The position numbers and the translations under genes were made by a program. Below are positions 10,286-19,900 of a DNA stretch of 64,000 nucleotides, one piece after another. The stretch is taken from positions 192,001 through 256,000 of the forward strand of contig CAWDKY010000016.1 of the NCBI GenBank assembly GCA_963802945.1, written 5' to 3'. The stretch is from an uncultured delta proteobacterium (GTDB taxonomy: Bacteria > Desulfobacterota > RBG-13-43-22). Under the pieces are notes generated by a model. That model searched no databases. It saw only the letters and a program-made list of their open reading frames with translations, and was not told the DNA's origin. Every line of letters starts with the position of its first letter. Position 1 is the stretch's first letter.

Positions 10286-11278
10286 TTGTTAAAAATGCAA
10301 AAATCTGTTCGTCATCCCAAAGAAATTATCCTGAGAGCCCTGACCCAAAGCGATTTTATTTCTGGAGAGGTCTTGGCCAAAAAATTAGGAATGACCCGCC
10401 CGGCTGTCTGGAAATATATAACCCAACTCAAAGAGGAGGGTTTTAGTATTGAATCCCTTCAGGGTAAAGGTTATCGTCTTAAGGCCGTCCCGGACATCTT
10501 ATATCCTGACCTGATTCGTCGGGAGATCAATACCCGTATATTCGGGCAAAAGATTTATCATTTTCTGCGCACCGATTCCACCAATCTTCAGGCCAGGGCT
10601 CTGGCCGCTAAAGGGGCTTTGGAAGGTACCCTTGTGGTGGCTGAATATCAGGAAAAGGGGAAAGGCCGTTTGAACCGCCTCTGGCAGTCTCCTTCTGGCA
10701 AAAATCTCCTTTTTTCTCTGATCCTCCGGCCGGAATGGCCGCCCCAACAGGCCTTTTACGGGACCGTCCTGGCTTCGGTTTCTCTTTGTCGGGTCATCCA
10801 GGAAGTTGCCGGGATCGAAGTGGGCATTAAATGGCCCAATGACATTTATGCCGGAGAAAAAAAAATGGCCGGGATCCTGACTGAATTTGCCACCGATCCG
10901 GATTGCATCGAATATATGATTGTCGGGATCGGGATCAATTGTAACTGGGGTCCGCCCAAACCACCTCCTGGAGGCCAGCCGGCCACAAGCCTTCTTAAAG
11001 AGACCGGCCATAAGATTTCCCGCCTCAAGCTTTTGACCCGCTTTTTGACTCTGGCAGAATCCCTCTACGGAAAGACTAAAATCGAAGGAGTCGGTTGCTT
11101 ACGGAAAGAGTGGGACCGGTATTCTTTGGTGAATGATCGGCGGGTCACGATTTCCAACAACCAAAATACCTGGTCCGGTATAGCTCGGGGTATTGACGAG
11201 CATGGGGCCCTGATCCTTTGTCTCGACAACAACCGAGAGGAAAAATTTCTGACCGGTGATGTGCATTTGAGGTTTTGA
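10286..11278 (+). CDS. birA: Bifunctional biotin ligase / repressor
   Basis: N-terminal HTH (ISGEVLAKKLGMTRPAVWK), DSTN, GKGRLNRLW, KWPND, GILTE. Confidence 0.93.
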   Translation: MLKMQKSVRHPKEIILRALTQSDFISGEVLAKKLGMTRPAVWKYITQLKEEGFSIESLQGKGYRLKAVPDILYPDLIRREINTRIFGQKIYHFLRTDSTNLQARALAAKGALEGTLVVAEYQEKGKGRLNRLWQSPSGKNLLFSLILRPEWPPQQAFYGTVLASVSLCRVIQEVAGIEVGIKWPNDIYAGEKKMAGILTEFATDPDCIEYMIVGIGINCNWGPPKPPPGGQPATSLLKETGHKISRLKLLTRFLTLAESLYGKTKIEGVGCLRKEWDRYSLVNDRRVTISNNQNTWSGIARGIDEHGALILCLDNNREEKFLTGDVHLRF

Positions 11279-11407
11279 AAATGAGTTACAAGAATCTGGA
11301 ATCCAGGAGTCAGAATTCAGTATAAAATTTCTTCTTTCTTTTATTGTTTTCATTCTGAATTCTGACTCCTGGATTCCAGATTCATAAATTCTTCTACGGA
11401 GGCTCTT

Positions 11408-11929
11408 ATGAAAATGAGGAAAAACAAGTCAGCCCCGTTGGTTGGGATCGTCATGGGCAGTGATTCCGATCTGCCGGTCATGGAAGGTGCGGCGAAGGTA
11501 TTGAGGGAATTTAACATCCCTTATGAGTTGATGGTCTCCTCGGCCCATCGCTCCCCCAAGAAGACCGCCGAATTTGCTCGAAAGGCTGCGGAACGCGGTT
11601 TCAAGGTAATCATCGCCGGGGCCGGAGCGGCGGCCCATCTGGCCGGCGTCCTGGCGGCGGAGACCACCCTGCCGGTTATCGGAGTGCCTATCGACTCTTC
11701 TTCTTTAAAAGGTTTAGATTCTCTTTTGGCCGTGGTTCAAATGCCCTCGGGCATCCCTGTGGCCACTATGGCCATCGGGGCCGCCGGGGCCAAAAATGCC
11801 GCCATCCTGGCCGCTCAGATCTTGGCTTTGAACTCCCCCTCTCTGGCCTCGGCCTTGAAAACCTACAAACAGAAACTGGAAACCGAGGTTTGGGAAAAAC
11901 ACAAAAAGATACACACCATCTGGCCATAA
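11408..11929 (+). CDS. purE: N5-CAIR mutase
   Basis: VGIVMGSDSDLPVM, SAHRSP, IIAGAGAAAHLAG, QMPSGIPVAT. Confidence 0.96.
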   Translation: MKMRKNKSAPLVGIVMGSDSDLPVMEGAAKVLREFNIPYELMVSSAHRSPKKTAEFARKAAERGFKVIIAGAGAAAHLAGVLAAETTLPVIGVPIDSSSLKGLDSLLAVVQMPSGIPVATMAIGAAGAKNAAILAAQILALNSPSLASALKTYKQKLETEVWEKHKKIHTIWP

Positions 11930-12041
11930 AATCGGGCAGAAGGCGCAAGGTATACGGTATAAGGTTTTAACCCTGAACCTTACACATTGAACCTTGGACC
12001 TTTTGGGGCCCCTTGGCTCCTTGAATCTTTGAGGATTTCTT

Positions 12042-13295
12042 ATGAAAATCATCGCCGACTTTCACGTCCATTCGGCCTACAGCCGGGCCACCAGCAAAGA
12101 GATGCATTTGCGGACCATGGCCCAGTGGGCCGGTCTGAAAGGGATTCATCTGCTGGGCAGCGGTGATTTCACCCATCCCGCTTACTTTGAAGAGATCAAA
12201 ACCGATCTGGAGGAAACCGGTCATGGCCTCCTGAAATTAAAGGAAGGAGACGCTTCTGCAATCCAATTTATTTTGACTGCGGAAACCAGTCACATCTATA
12301 CTCAGGCAGGCAAAGGCCGACGGGTGCACATGATGATCTTTGCCCCGGCGATCCGCTCGGTGGAAAAAATCAATCTTCACCTGGGCCGCATAGGCAATGT
12401 CAAATCCGACGGCCGTCCCATATTCGGGTTTTCCGCCAAAGACCTGGTGAAAATAGTCCTGGATATTGATCCCGAATGCCTGGTTGTTCCGGCCCATGCC
12501 TGGACCCCCTGGTTCTCGGTCTTTGGCTCTCATTCCGGTTTTGACAGTCTGGAAGAATGCTTTGAAGAAGAAACACCCAATATTTATGCCCTTGAAACCG
12601 GCCTTTCATCCGACCCGGCCATGAACTGGCGCTGGTCGGCCTTGGACCGGCTCAGCCTGATCTCCAATTCCGATGCCCATTCCCCGGCCAAGATCGGACG
12701 AGAGGCCAATATCTTTGACTGCCCGCTGTCCTTTAAGGATATTATTCAAACCATCAAGGCAAAAGATCCAAAACGGTTTTTGGCCACCATCGAGTTTTTT
12801 CCGGAAGAAGGTAAATATCACTTTGACGGCCATCGGAGTTGCGGGATCTGTTATTCCCCAGGACAAACCCGTGAGAAGGATTATCTCTGCCCGGTCTGTG
12901 GGAAAAATCTGGTGGTGGGGGTCATGCACCGGGTGGAAGCCTTGGCCGACCGGCCGCCAGGGTTTGTACCTGAAGGGGCTATTCCGGCCTTCCACCTGGT
13001 CCCTTTGGAAGAGATCCTGGGCGAGGTTTTTGAGGTCGGGGTCCAGTCCCGACGGATTCGAAAGGAATATCTTCGCCTGATTGAGCGAGGCGGTTCCGAG
13101 TTTCGTATCTTATTGGATCTTTCTGAAGAAGAACTGCGGTCTTTCTTGGACGACCGCCTGGCCGATGCAATCTTAAGGGTTCGCCAGGGCCTGGTTCAAG
13201 TCAAGCCCGGCTATGACGGGGTTTATGGGCAGGTAAAGATATTCAGGAACGAGGCCCCTGCCTCCAAACCTTCCTCTCAACTCAATCTTTTTTAG
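12042..13295 (+). CDS. Endonuclease Q-family PHP-domain protein
   Basis: ADFHVHSAYSRATS, PAHAWTPWFS, ETGLSSD, SNSDAHS, GKYHFDGHR, Zn-ribbon CPVCGK, PGYDGVYG. Confidence 0.88.
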   Translation: MKIIADFHVHSAYSRATSKEMHLRTMAQWAGLKGIHLLGSGDFTHPAYFEEIKTDLEETGHGLLKLKEGDASAIQFILTAETSHIYTQAGKGRRVHMMIFAPAIRSVEKINLHLGRIGNVKSDGRPIFGFSAKDLVKIVLDIDPECLVVPAHAWTPWFSVFGSHSGFDSLEECFEEETPNIYALETGLSSDPAMNWRWSALDRLSLISNSDAHSPAKIGREANIFDCPLSFKDIIQTIKAKDPKRFLATIEFFPEEGKYHFDGHRSCGICYSPGQTREKDYLCPVCGKNLVVGVMHRVEALADRPPGFVPEGAIPAFHLVPLEEILGEVFEVGVQSRRIRKEYLRLIERGGSEFRILLDLSEEELRSFLDDRLADAILRVRQGLVQVKPGYDGVYGQVKIFRNEAPASKPSSQLNLF

Positions 13296-13549
13296 CCGCC
13301 TTTAATAAATTTTTGTCGCCGAACTCCGAACTCTGAACCCCGAACTTTTTCATATGGTTCGCCTTTGGTTCTCTCTCCGAACTCCGAACTCAAAACTCCG
13401 AACTTTTTTGGCTTCCGGCAAAAAATCCTTGACTTCCTCCCTTTTTCCCTTTATTTTCTTGGCATTATCTTTACAGTTTTAGGGTTAACTTGCATATTTT
13501 TCTCCGAACGACGAACACCGAATGTCTTTTAATCTGAAGGAGGTTTCAG

Positions 13550-13762
13550 ATGAAAAATAAAACTTTCACTGCTGTGCTCCATAAAGAAGATGAGTTGTAT
13601 GTTGCTGAATGCCCTGAAGTGGGTACAGTTAGTCAAGGGTATACGATTGAAGAAGCCATAGCCAATCTGAAGGAAGCAACTGAATTATATTTAGAAGAAC
13701 TTCCTGTTAAGGAACTCTCAAAGTCGCTTATGACCACTTTTGAGGCAGCAGTCAATGCCTAA
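13550..13762 (+). CDS. hicB: HicB-family antitoxin
   Basis: YVAECPEVGTVSQGYTIEEAIANLKEATELYLE. Confidence 0.88.
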   Translation: MKNKTFTAVLHKEDELYVAECPEVGTVSQGYTIEEAIANLKEATELYLEELPVKELSKSLMTTFEAAVNA

Positions 13763-13978
13763 ACTCACCAGGCTTTCCGGTGAAGAAACCATTAACAGAT
13801 TAGAAAAATTAGGTTTCTAGTGGGTTCGCCAACGCGGAGCCATGTTATACTCAAGAAACAAACCTCAAAAGGAGACATCGGGTGTGTTGTTCCCCTGCAT
13901 AAAGAATTGGCCATTGGTACATTACTCGGAATCCTTAAGCAGGCAAAGTTGAGCGTTGAAGAATTTCTTGACACATGA
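13755..13978 (+). pseudogene. hicA: HicA-family toxin, disrupted
   Basis: MPKLTRLSGEETINRLEKLGF*WVRQRG[fs]SHVILKK...VVPLHKELAIGTLLGILKQAKLSVEEF; in-frame TAG at 13818 plus a frameshift. Confidence 0.8.
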
Positions 13979-14357
13979 AATCTCAAATGTGTTTTCAGCC
14001 TTAAGTTTCTTTTTTTTCGACGAACGATCCGGCTCCCGTATGGGAGCCTCTCTGGAGCCCGGCAAAGCCGGGCGGAACGAACGCTGAACATCGGACGTCT
14101 TTTAAACCCTTTCACCCGTATTTTGTGAAGTTAACATTTCCCTGCTTGTTAATATATGTTTCCGGCCCTGATTGCCGGTTGAAGTGATAGCGGAACAAAC
14201 ATTTCTTTTTTCGAACGAATAAGTCTCAAAACTTTTTCTCGCCGCCATAATTCACCAATTTAAAGGGTACTCATTCCTTACCGTTCGGCCACATAAAACG
14301 TTTCCTCCTTTTGCCACTCTAAACAAATCAAGATCGGTAAGCCTGGTTTTAAGTGAA

Positions 14358-14382
14358 TACTATAGTCTGTAGACATATAATC
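14358..14382 (+). promoter_or_regulatory. Tandem C-boxes for an R-M controller protein
   Basis: TACTATAGTC-TGTA-GACATATAATC resembles the GACT-nnn-AGTC-TGTA-GACT operator of C.PvuII-type controllers and lies directly upstream of the XRE gene. Confidence 0.7.
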
Positions 14383-14437
14383 TGCAAAAATTTAACATTC
14401 AACAGAATAACAATTTACACTTACAAGGAGGGTTCCC

Positions 14438-14701
14438 TTGACTCTGGAAAATATATTCGGCCAGGTCCTTAAAAAAATCCGTTTGGAAAAAGGCCTTTCG
14501 CAAGAGCAGCTTGCCGATGAGAGCGGTTACCATCGGACATATGTAAGTCTTCTTGAACGTGGCCAAAAAAATCCAACCCTTAGAACGATCTTTCAATTAT
14601 CCAAATCACTCAAGATCAATCCCTCGGATCTTCTTCAACACATTGAAATTCAAGCCAAGAAATCGCTGAAAGACGATTATTTGGAAAGGAGACGTGACTG
14701 A
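14438..14701 (+). CDS. XRE-family R-M controller (C) protein
   Basis: GLSQEQLADESGYHRTYVSLLERGQKNPTL; SD AAGGAGG; stop overlaps the start of the REase gene. Confidence 0.85.
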   Translation: MTLENIFGQVLKKIRLEKGLSQEQLADESGYHRTYVSLLERGQKNPTLRTIFQLSKSLKINPSDLLQHIEIQAKKSLKDDYLERRRD

Positions 14702-15306
14702 TGAAAATTATACAAGTGGAGCGACTTATTGACGCCGGAGGATTCTCGGCTACAAAAGAATGGAAGACGATTGAAGGGCAAATCTTACAAGCAATTAAGA
14801 CCATCCGATGGCCACTCGATTCCGACTCTTTTACTCTATATGATCAACCAGGAAAAGGCAGAGGGGAAGGAAATGGGGTTAAGCCGATAAAGGATGCCTG
14901 TATGCTTCATCTGAAATCTTTGGGTTGGGGCTTGAAACACATGTTGATATTGCCACTTTGAAAAAACCAGGGCCGATGGATGCAACCTATCCTGTTGGAA
15001 ATCGACTTTTTTGTGTTGAATGGGAGACCGGGAATATATCCTCCAGCCACCGAGCAATCAATAAGATGGCTCTTGGGATTATTAAAAAGGTCCTCATAGG
15101 TGGCTTATTGATCCTCCCAACAAGGAACATGTACAAATACCTCACTGATCGGATAGGAAATTTCCCTGATCGGGACCCTTATTTTCCTCTTTCCAAGGCT
15201 TTGAAAGTGGAAGAAGGTTTTCTTGCTGTTATTGCGATTGAACATGATGCAGTTAGCCTGTCCGTCCCGAATCCCTAAGGGAACCGACGGTAGGGCCATG
15301 CGGTAA
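14701..15306 (+). CDS. BamHI-family type II restriction endonuclease (frameshifted)
   Basis: GNGVKPIK, GPMD, EWETGNISSSHRAINKMALG and C-terminal RIPKGTDG, all BamHI-like. Confidence 0.85.
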
Positions 15307-15310
15307 ATGG

Positions 15311-16702
15311 CTATCGTCGTTTTAACATGACGATAAATTCAGTTCTCATGGTATTTGCCATGCCGGTAATTTGCCGGCTAATTTTTCGGATAAGGTGAAG
15401 TCCATGAGGGGCTCCAAGTTCAATAAACAGTTCGTCAATCCCTTGAACATTATCAGGGGCTACTTCCCAAAATTTTACTTAATTGGTTATTATTGGTACC
15501 AACCACAATCGTACAGATTCGACCGGGACGTAACACCCGGCTACATTCGGAAAGGATTTTTTCCATATCTACTTTATAAAAATCAAATTTCTAGCGAAGC
15601 GCTCTTCCTCGAAGACCGACCATTTCTTCCCCTTAACTTCGATGTCTACCCCAAAAAGCCTAAATGGAAAGAGTCATTCTCCAAATAATCTATTGCAAAG
15701 CTATAGGGGGGGGGAAAATAATATGCCGTCTATACTTGAATCCGGCAGCTTTAACGATCGGGCATCTCCCAAGCCAGGTTTCGCTTCTGCCAGTTCGCCT
15801 TCAACTCCAACCAAAACCTTCTGGATCTTTTCGGACACAAAAAGTATCGTTCTAGGATGGCCTTGAATTGATCATATGGGGACTTCCGGTTACTTCTTTC
15901 TGAATAGCCGGCGCTGTCCAAGTAAGCCAACAGCAGAAAATTATAGACTTCTTTAGCCTCACACCCTTCAGGTAGCTTATTATCCCCTACCGGAACAGGC
16001 ACATAGTCAGCCATGGGTTCCATAAGGGAAAACAACTCTCCATAGGCTGGTTCAACGCGCATCTTTTTCCCTTGTTTCGGTTGCCCCCAGCCAAGGCTTT
16101 AAAATGTTCGAACACTTCCCGAGATTTTTTCAAGGCCGCCCGGATTGGGGGTAGAGGAACAGTGAGACCGTCTATTTTCGCTTGGACCATAAACCGGCAA
16201 AATGGGCTGGCATCAATACCAACCGACTTAATTCCCATCAATCGCGCTTCAATTAGAACGGTCCCCGAACCCATCATGGGATCGAGAATAGTATCTCCCG
16301 GTTTTAGTCCCATTATATTGATTAGCCCTTTAATCATTTGCGGGTGGAACTTTCCACGGTAAGGGAATAAACCATGGGTTCCATATCCGGTCTTAAACTG
16401 GTTAGTTTAGAAAAAGGAGCGCAACCTTGATGATGAATGCTGTGGCAATTGAACCGGTTCTCCGCTGCACATTAGAAAATGACGGGTAAACTTATTATCA
16501 ACACTGGCAAATACGCCCCATTTCTTATAATTTCCTCATCGTTAAGAAGCTGACTTTCATAAAAAGCCAACTGGAGTTCATAAACCTCACTCAGTTGGGG
16601 AACTAGTTCAAGGTGTTTGGGAAATAAATGATGGTACATGTTGGATGATAAGACTTCGGCAATATCCTGGCCTGACTTATTCCTATTTTGTGAAATCCTC
16701 AT
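15311..16702 (-). CDS. Amino (probably N4-cytosine) DNA methyltransferase (multiple frameshifts)
   Basis: THGLFPYRGKFHPQM, LDPMMGSGTVLIEA (motif I) and IDGILFSPPY (motif IV); convergent with the REase. Confidence 0.82.
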
Positions 16703-16718
16703 TTAAAAGTCCTTTGAA

Positions 16719-16920
16719 TTATTTATTTTTTTTCTTTAAGTTGATGTCGGCCGCTGGCCGTTGCGCTTTCACCCATAAATCAATTTCATCCCGATCAAAC
16801 CGCCATTGATTACGTACCTTTGAACCGGGGAATATCTCTTTTTTGTGCCATGTCATAGATTTTATCATCACTCATTTGCAAATATTCAGCTATCTGCTTT
16901 ACAGTCATCCACTTAGGCAT
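16719..16920 (-). CDS. Excisionase-like HTH protein (frameshifted)
   Basis: MPKWMTVKQIAEYLQMSDDKIYDMAQKRDIP[fs]SKVRNQWRFDRDEIDLWV; upstream of the MTase. Confidence 0.75.
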
Positions 16921-17079
16921 TGCATTATCTCCCTAAGTTTTTCATGTCCTAAAAAAACATATTATTTCATAAAATAACCTAAAATATCGGAAGTTAAAAA
17001 TAAGGAATATTTTCCAAAATAGATAGGTTGTCCCTCCTAGTCTTTATTTACCCCAAGATGAAATTCTGAGCAAAAACTT

Positions 17080-17320
17080 CAAACTTTTTTGCCTCCAGCA
17101 AAAAAACCTTGACTTCCCCCCTTTTCCCTTATTTTCATAACATTACCTTTGGTCTTTCAACTTTGAGGTTCAAGTTTCTTTTTTTCGACGACGACGAACG
17201 CTGAACGTCGAACGTCCTTTAAAACCCTTTCACCTATATTTGTGAAGTTAACATTTCTTGCTTTTTGAAGAAAGTTCCCGACTACATGGCCGGTTGAAGT
17301 GGTAGCGGAGCAAATAGTCT
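17080..17320 (+). repeat. Imperfect direct repeat of 13400-13530 plus 14001-14210
   Basis: Shared blocks gcaaaaaa.ccttgacttcc, aagtttcttttttt.cgacg, acgaacgctgaac, ttgtgaagttaacatttc, gccggttgaagtg.tagcgga. Confidence 0.8.
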
Positions 17321-17497
17321 TTAATTCTGGGGACATAATACTAATTTATTAAAGTTAGGGCGGTGCAGAAAGTGGAAATATTGGGGACGGTTCCCTTTAT
17401 TTTCTTATAGGCTGGATTTAAGAGCAGGAAAAAATTTCCAGAAATGATGCTCCTACCGAAAACCTCTCCTCGCAACTCACTTTTTTAACCGACTTAT

Positions 17498-17625
17498 TCA
17501 CCAGGGCGTTTCTCGGCCCGCGCACTCCCTGGCGATCTGTCCAAAGGCCAGGGCTTCGGGCAGGTTACTCCCCCCCTGATAGAGATGACCCGAAAAACGA
17601 ACCCAACTCACCCGATGGTATGGAG
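17498..17625 (-). pseudogene. 3' end of an FAD-dependent oxidoreductase (fumarate reductase flavoprotein-like), copy 1
   Basis: GELGSFF[fs]GHLYQGGSNLPEALAFGQIARECAGRETPW*. Confidence 0.65.
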
Positions 17626-17678
17626 GGGGGCAAATATTTCTTGACATCTGATGCAATAATAAATATCATCTACTCATC

Positions 17679-17918
17679 ATGGCACGGACAACCGTTGATA
17701 TAGAAACTCCTATTCTAAAGGAAATCAAGGACCTCCAAAAAAAAGAAGGACGATCCTTGGGCCAAATCATCTCCCGGCTTCTGGCGGAGGCCTTGGGGTC
17801 CAGAAAAGCGGCAATCAAAGCCCCACCATTAAAATGGACCTCACGTCCCATGAAGGCCCTTGTAGACCTTTCCGACAAAAACACCATTTATCGGATTTTG
17901 GATAGGAGCGAGCCTTGA
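17679..17918 (+). CDS. VapB-like RHH antitoxin
   Basis: MARTTVDIETPIL...EGRSLGQIISRLLAEAL; overlaps the PIN toxin start. Confidence 0.8.
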   Translation: MARTTVDIETPILKEIKDLQKKEGRSLGQIISRLLAEALGSRKAAIKAPPLKWTSRPMKALVDLSDKNTIYRILDRSEP

Positions 17919-18348
17919 GTTATTCGGTGGATGTAAATATTCTGCTCTATGCCTCGGACCAACAAAATCCGCATTATCCCCAGCGATTAAATTTCTTGAA
18001 AGCCGGGGGAAAGATCCGGAGCTTTTTTGTGTCGCCTGGTCAACCTTGATGGCTTATCTGAGAATATCCACTCATCCGAGTATCTTTGCTCATCCTTTGT
18101 TACCCGACGAAGCTTTGGGTAATATCGAAAAACTATTATTATTACCTCGGGTGCGTATTGTAACCAAGCAGGAAGGAATCTTAACCATCTATAAAAATGT
18201 GACTTCACGACTTCCTGTAAGGGGAAATCTTGTACCTGATGCTCACTTGGCCGCTTTATTACTACAACACGGAGTTCAAACTATATATACCTCGGACATG
18301 GATTTTCGGAAATTCGTTTTTCTTAAGATTCGTAATCCCCTTTTATAA
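17915..18348 (+). CDS. vapC: VapC PIN-domain toxin (frameshifted)
   Basis: SYSVDVNILLYA...GNLVPDAHLAALLLQHGVQTIYTSDMDFRKF. Confidence 0.82.
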
Positions 18349-18370
18349 ATTTTCATCCCCTAATACTAAT

Positions 18371-18426
18371 AAAGGGGATGGTTCTAATTATTTATTGTTT
18401 CGCCTTAAAGAGAACCATCCCCTTTA
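18371..18426. repeat. Short inverted-repeat (REP/MITE-like) element
   Basis: aaaggggatggttct ... agaaccatccccttt perfect inverted repeat between vapC and brnT. Confidence 0.6.
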
Positions 18427-18525
18427 CCTTAGGTGCTCGCCAAACCGCACCCCCCCAATGAGCATTGCGTTAGCCCGTTGAAAAATAGCTTGACATGTGC
18501 ATACACATGTACATATACTTTTAAT

Positions 18526-18792
18526 ATGTTCAAGTGGGACCCGAACAAAGACCGACTGAACCAGAGGAAGCACGGAGTGGGTTTCGCGGATACCTTTGCC
18601 GTATTCGAGGCCCCGAAGGCTCTCACCATGGAGGACAACGAACACGGAGAAGACCGCCATGTGACCATGGGAATGGATTGCTTGGGCAGGATTCTTGTCG
18701 TGGTTTATAGGTGGCGTGAAGAAAACATCCGAATCATATCAGCGAGGAAAGCAACACGATCAGAGGTAAAAGGGTATGAAACTCAATTATGA
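18526..18792 (+). CDS. brnT: BrnT-family toxin
   Basis: MFKWDPNKDRLNQRKHGVGF...GEDR...RIISARKA. Confidence 0.9.
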   Translation: MFKWDPNKDRLNQRKHGVGFADTFAVFEAPKALTMEDNEHGEDRHVTMGMDCLGRILVVVYRWREENIRIISARKATRSEVKGYETQL

Positions 18793-19030
18793 TTTTAGTA
18801 AGGCTCGGCGGGGAGCAGTGATTCCTCCCTCGGGCAACAAAGTCAGGATTACCATTCGACTGGACAAGGATATTGTAGAGTGGTTCAAGGTGCGGGTGGA
18901 AGAATCGGGGGGGGGGAACTATCAGACCCTCATTAACAATGCCCTCCATGAGTACATCACGAATCGGAATGAGACTATCGAAAAGGTCCTTCGACGAGTT
19001 GTCCGCGAGGAGTTGCATGCTGTCCGTTAA
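18776..19030 (+). CDS. brnA: BrnA-family antitoxin
   Basis: YDFSKARRG, KVRITIRLDKDIVEWFK, YQTLINNAL. Confidence 0.9.
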   Translation: MKLNYDFSKARRGAVIPPSGNKVRITIRLDKDIVEWFKVRVEESGGGNYQTLINNALHEYITNRNETIEKVLRRVVREELHAVR

Positions 19031-19111
19031 GGTAAGGGCGAACCAAGGCATGCGCACCGGGGTCACCTATTAAAAGGCCACGGTTAAGAATAACCTCTCC
19101 TAACTCATTCT

Positions 19112-19311
19112 TTAGGCCAAGGCTTCGGCCAGGTTGCTCCCCCCCCTGATAGAGATGTCCGAAAAACGAACCCAACTCGCCCGGTGTGTAGAGCCTGGGG
19201 ATCGGGTTTCCCATCAAGGTTAAGGGTCTGGGCAAACTTGTTGTGTCTGGGACCCCCCTGAGTGTTCACAATAGCCAGACAGAGCTCGGCCGCATAAAAA
19301 GGTGGTGTCAG
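19112..19311 (-). pseudogene. C-terminal fragment of an FAD-dependent oxidoreductase, copy 2
   Basis: LTPPFYAAELCLAIVNTQGGPRHNKFAQTLNLDG[fs]PIPRLYTPGELGSFFGHLYQGG[fs]SNLAEALA*; 5' part absent. Confidence 0.7.
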
Positions 19312-19316
19312 GTCAG

Positions 19317-19733
19317 CTAATTCTCGGGACTACTCTCTTTCACTGTTGGAGGGGTCAATTGTCGGGTTGTGGTCGGTTTATCGGGACTCTGAGGGATAAC
19401 TCCTTCATCAGGGCTGGTCAGCTCTTGCGAAGGGTAAGGCTTAACCTCTCGATAGGGATGGGTCAGCGTCCTGGGGTCGTTAGCAGTTTGTTCATATATT
19501 TGCTGATAATTTTCCTGACTGTCATACCATCGTCGAGGTTCTGTGCCATAAGCCTCGGCTGGCTTCTCCGGATTAATAACACTGTTTCCTGCGGCCGGGC
19601 CCTGATTTCGACCAGGTTCGTTTTGATAAGGATCATAGGGATTATACCTCGAACCACGATCAGAATCAGCCAAAGCAAAACTTGCCAGTCCAATAATCCA
19701 AAGGGCAGTGAATAAGACTATTAATCTTTTCAT
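19317..19733 (-). CDS. Secreted Pro/Tyr/Gln-rich hypothetical protein
   Basis: Signal peptide (FALA), SD AAGGAG, low-complexity mature part. Confidence 0.6.
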   Translation of the reverse strand: MKRLIVLFTALWIIGLASFALADSDRGSRYNPYDPYQNEPGRNQGPAAGNSVINPEKPAEAYGTEPRRWYDSQENYQQIYEQTANDPRTLTHPYREVKPYPSQELTSPDEGVIPQSPDKPTTTRQLTPPTVKESSPEN

Positions 19734-19900
19734 GTCTGGGCTCTCCTTTTTGGGGGCCTATTGAAAAAGTATGAGCAACCAATCCATTCAATTTTATTAA
19801 TTACCCCAATTAGAATTCTTTATAAAGGCAAATTTCAATCTTACACTTCCCGTGAGGGATGACCCAATCCCTTATCCCTCTTAAGGACCAAATGGTTTCG

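Noticed and set aside
11285-11390. Intergenic repeat clusters as CRISPR arrays
   Set aside because: Degenerate 7-mers with no constant 23-47-bp repeat and unique spacers; no cas genes
13818-13820. In-frame TAG in hicA as pyrrolysine or stop-codon recoding
   Set aside because: A frameshift follows within 20 nt, there are no pyl genes in the window, and TAG is used as a normal stop elsewhere (thiC, nnr, csp)
14100-14300. Possible coding remnant (..LFRYHFNR..) in the direct repeat, vaguely transposase-like
   Set aside because: Too short and interrupted by stops to assign
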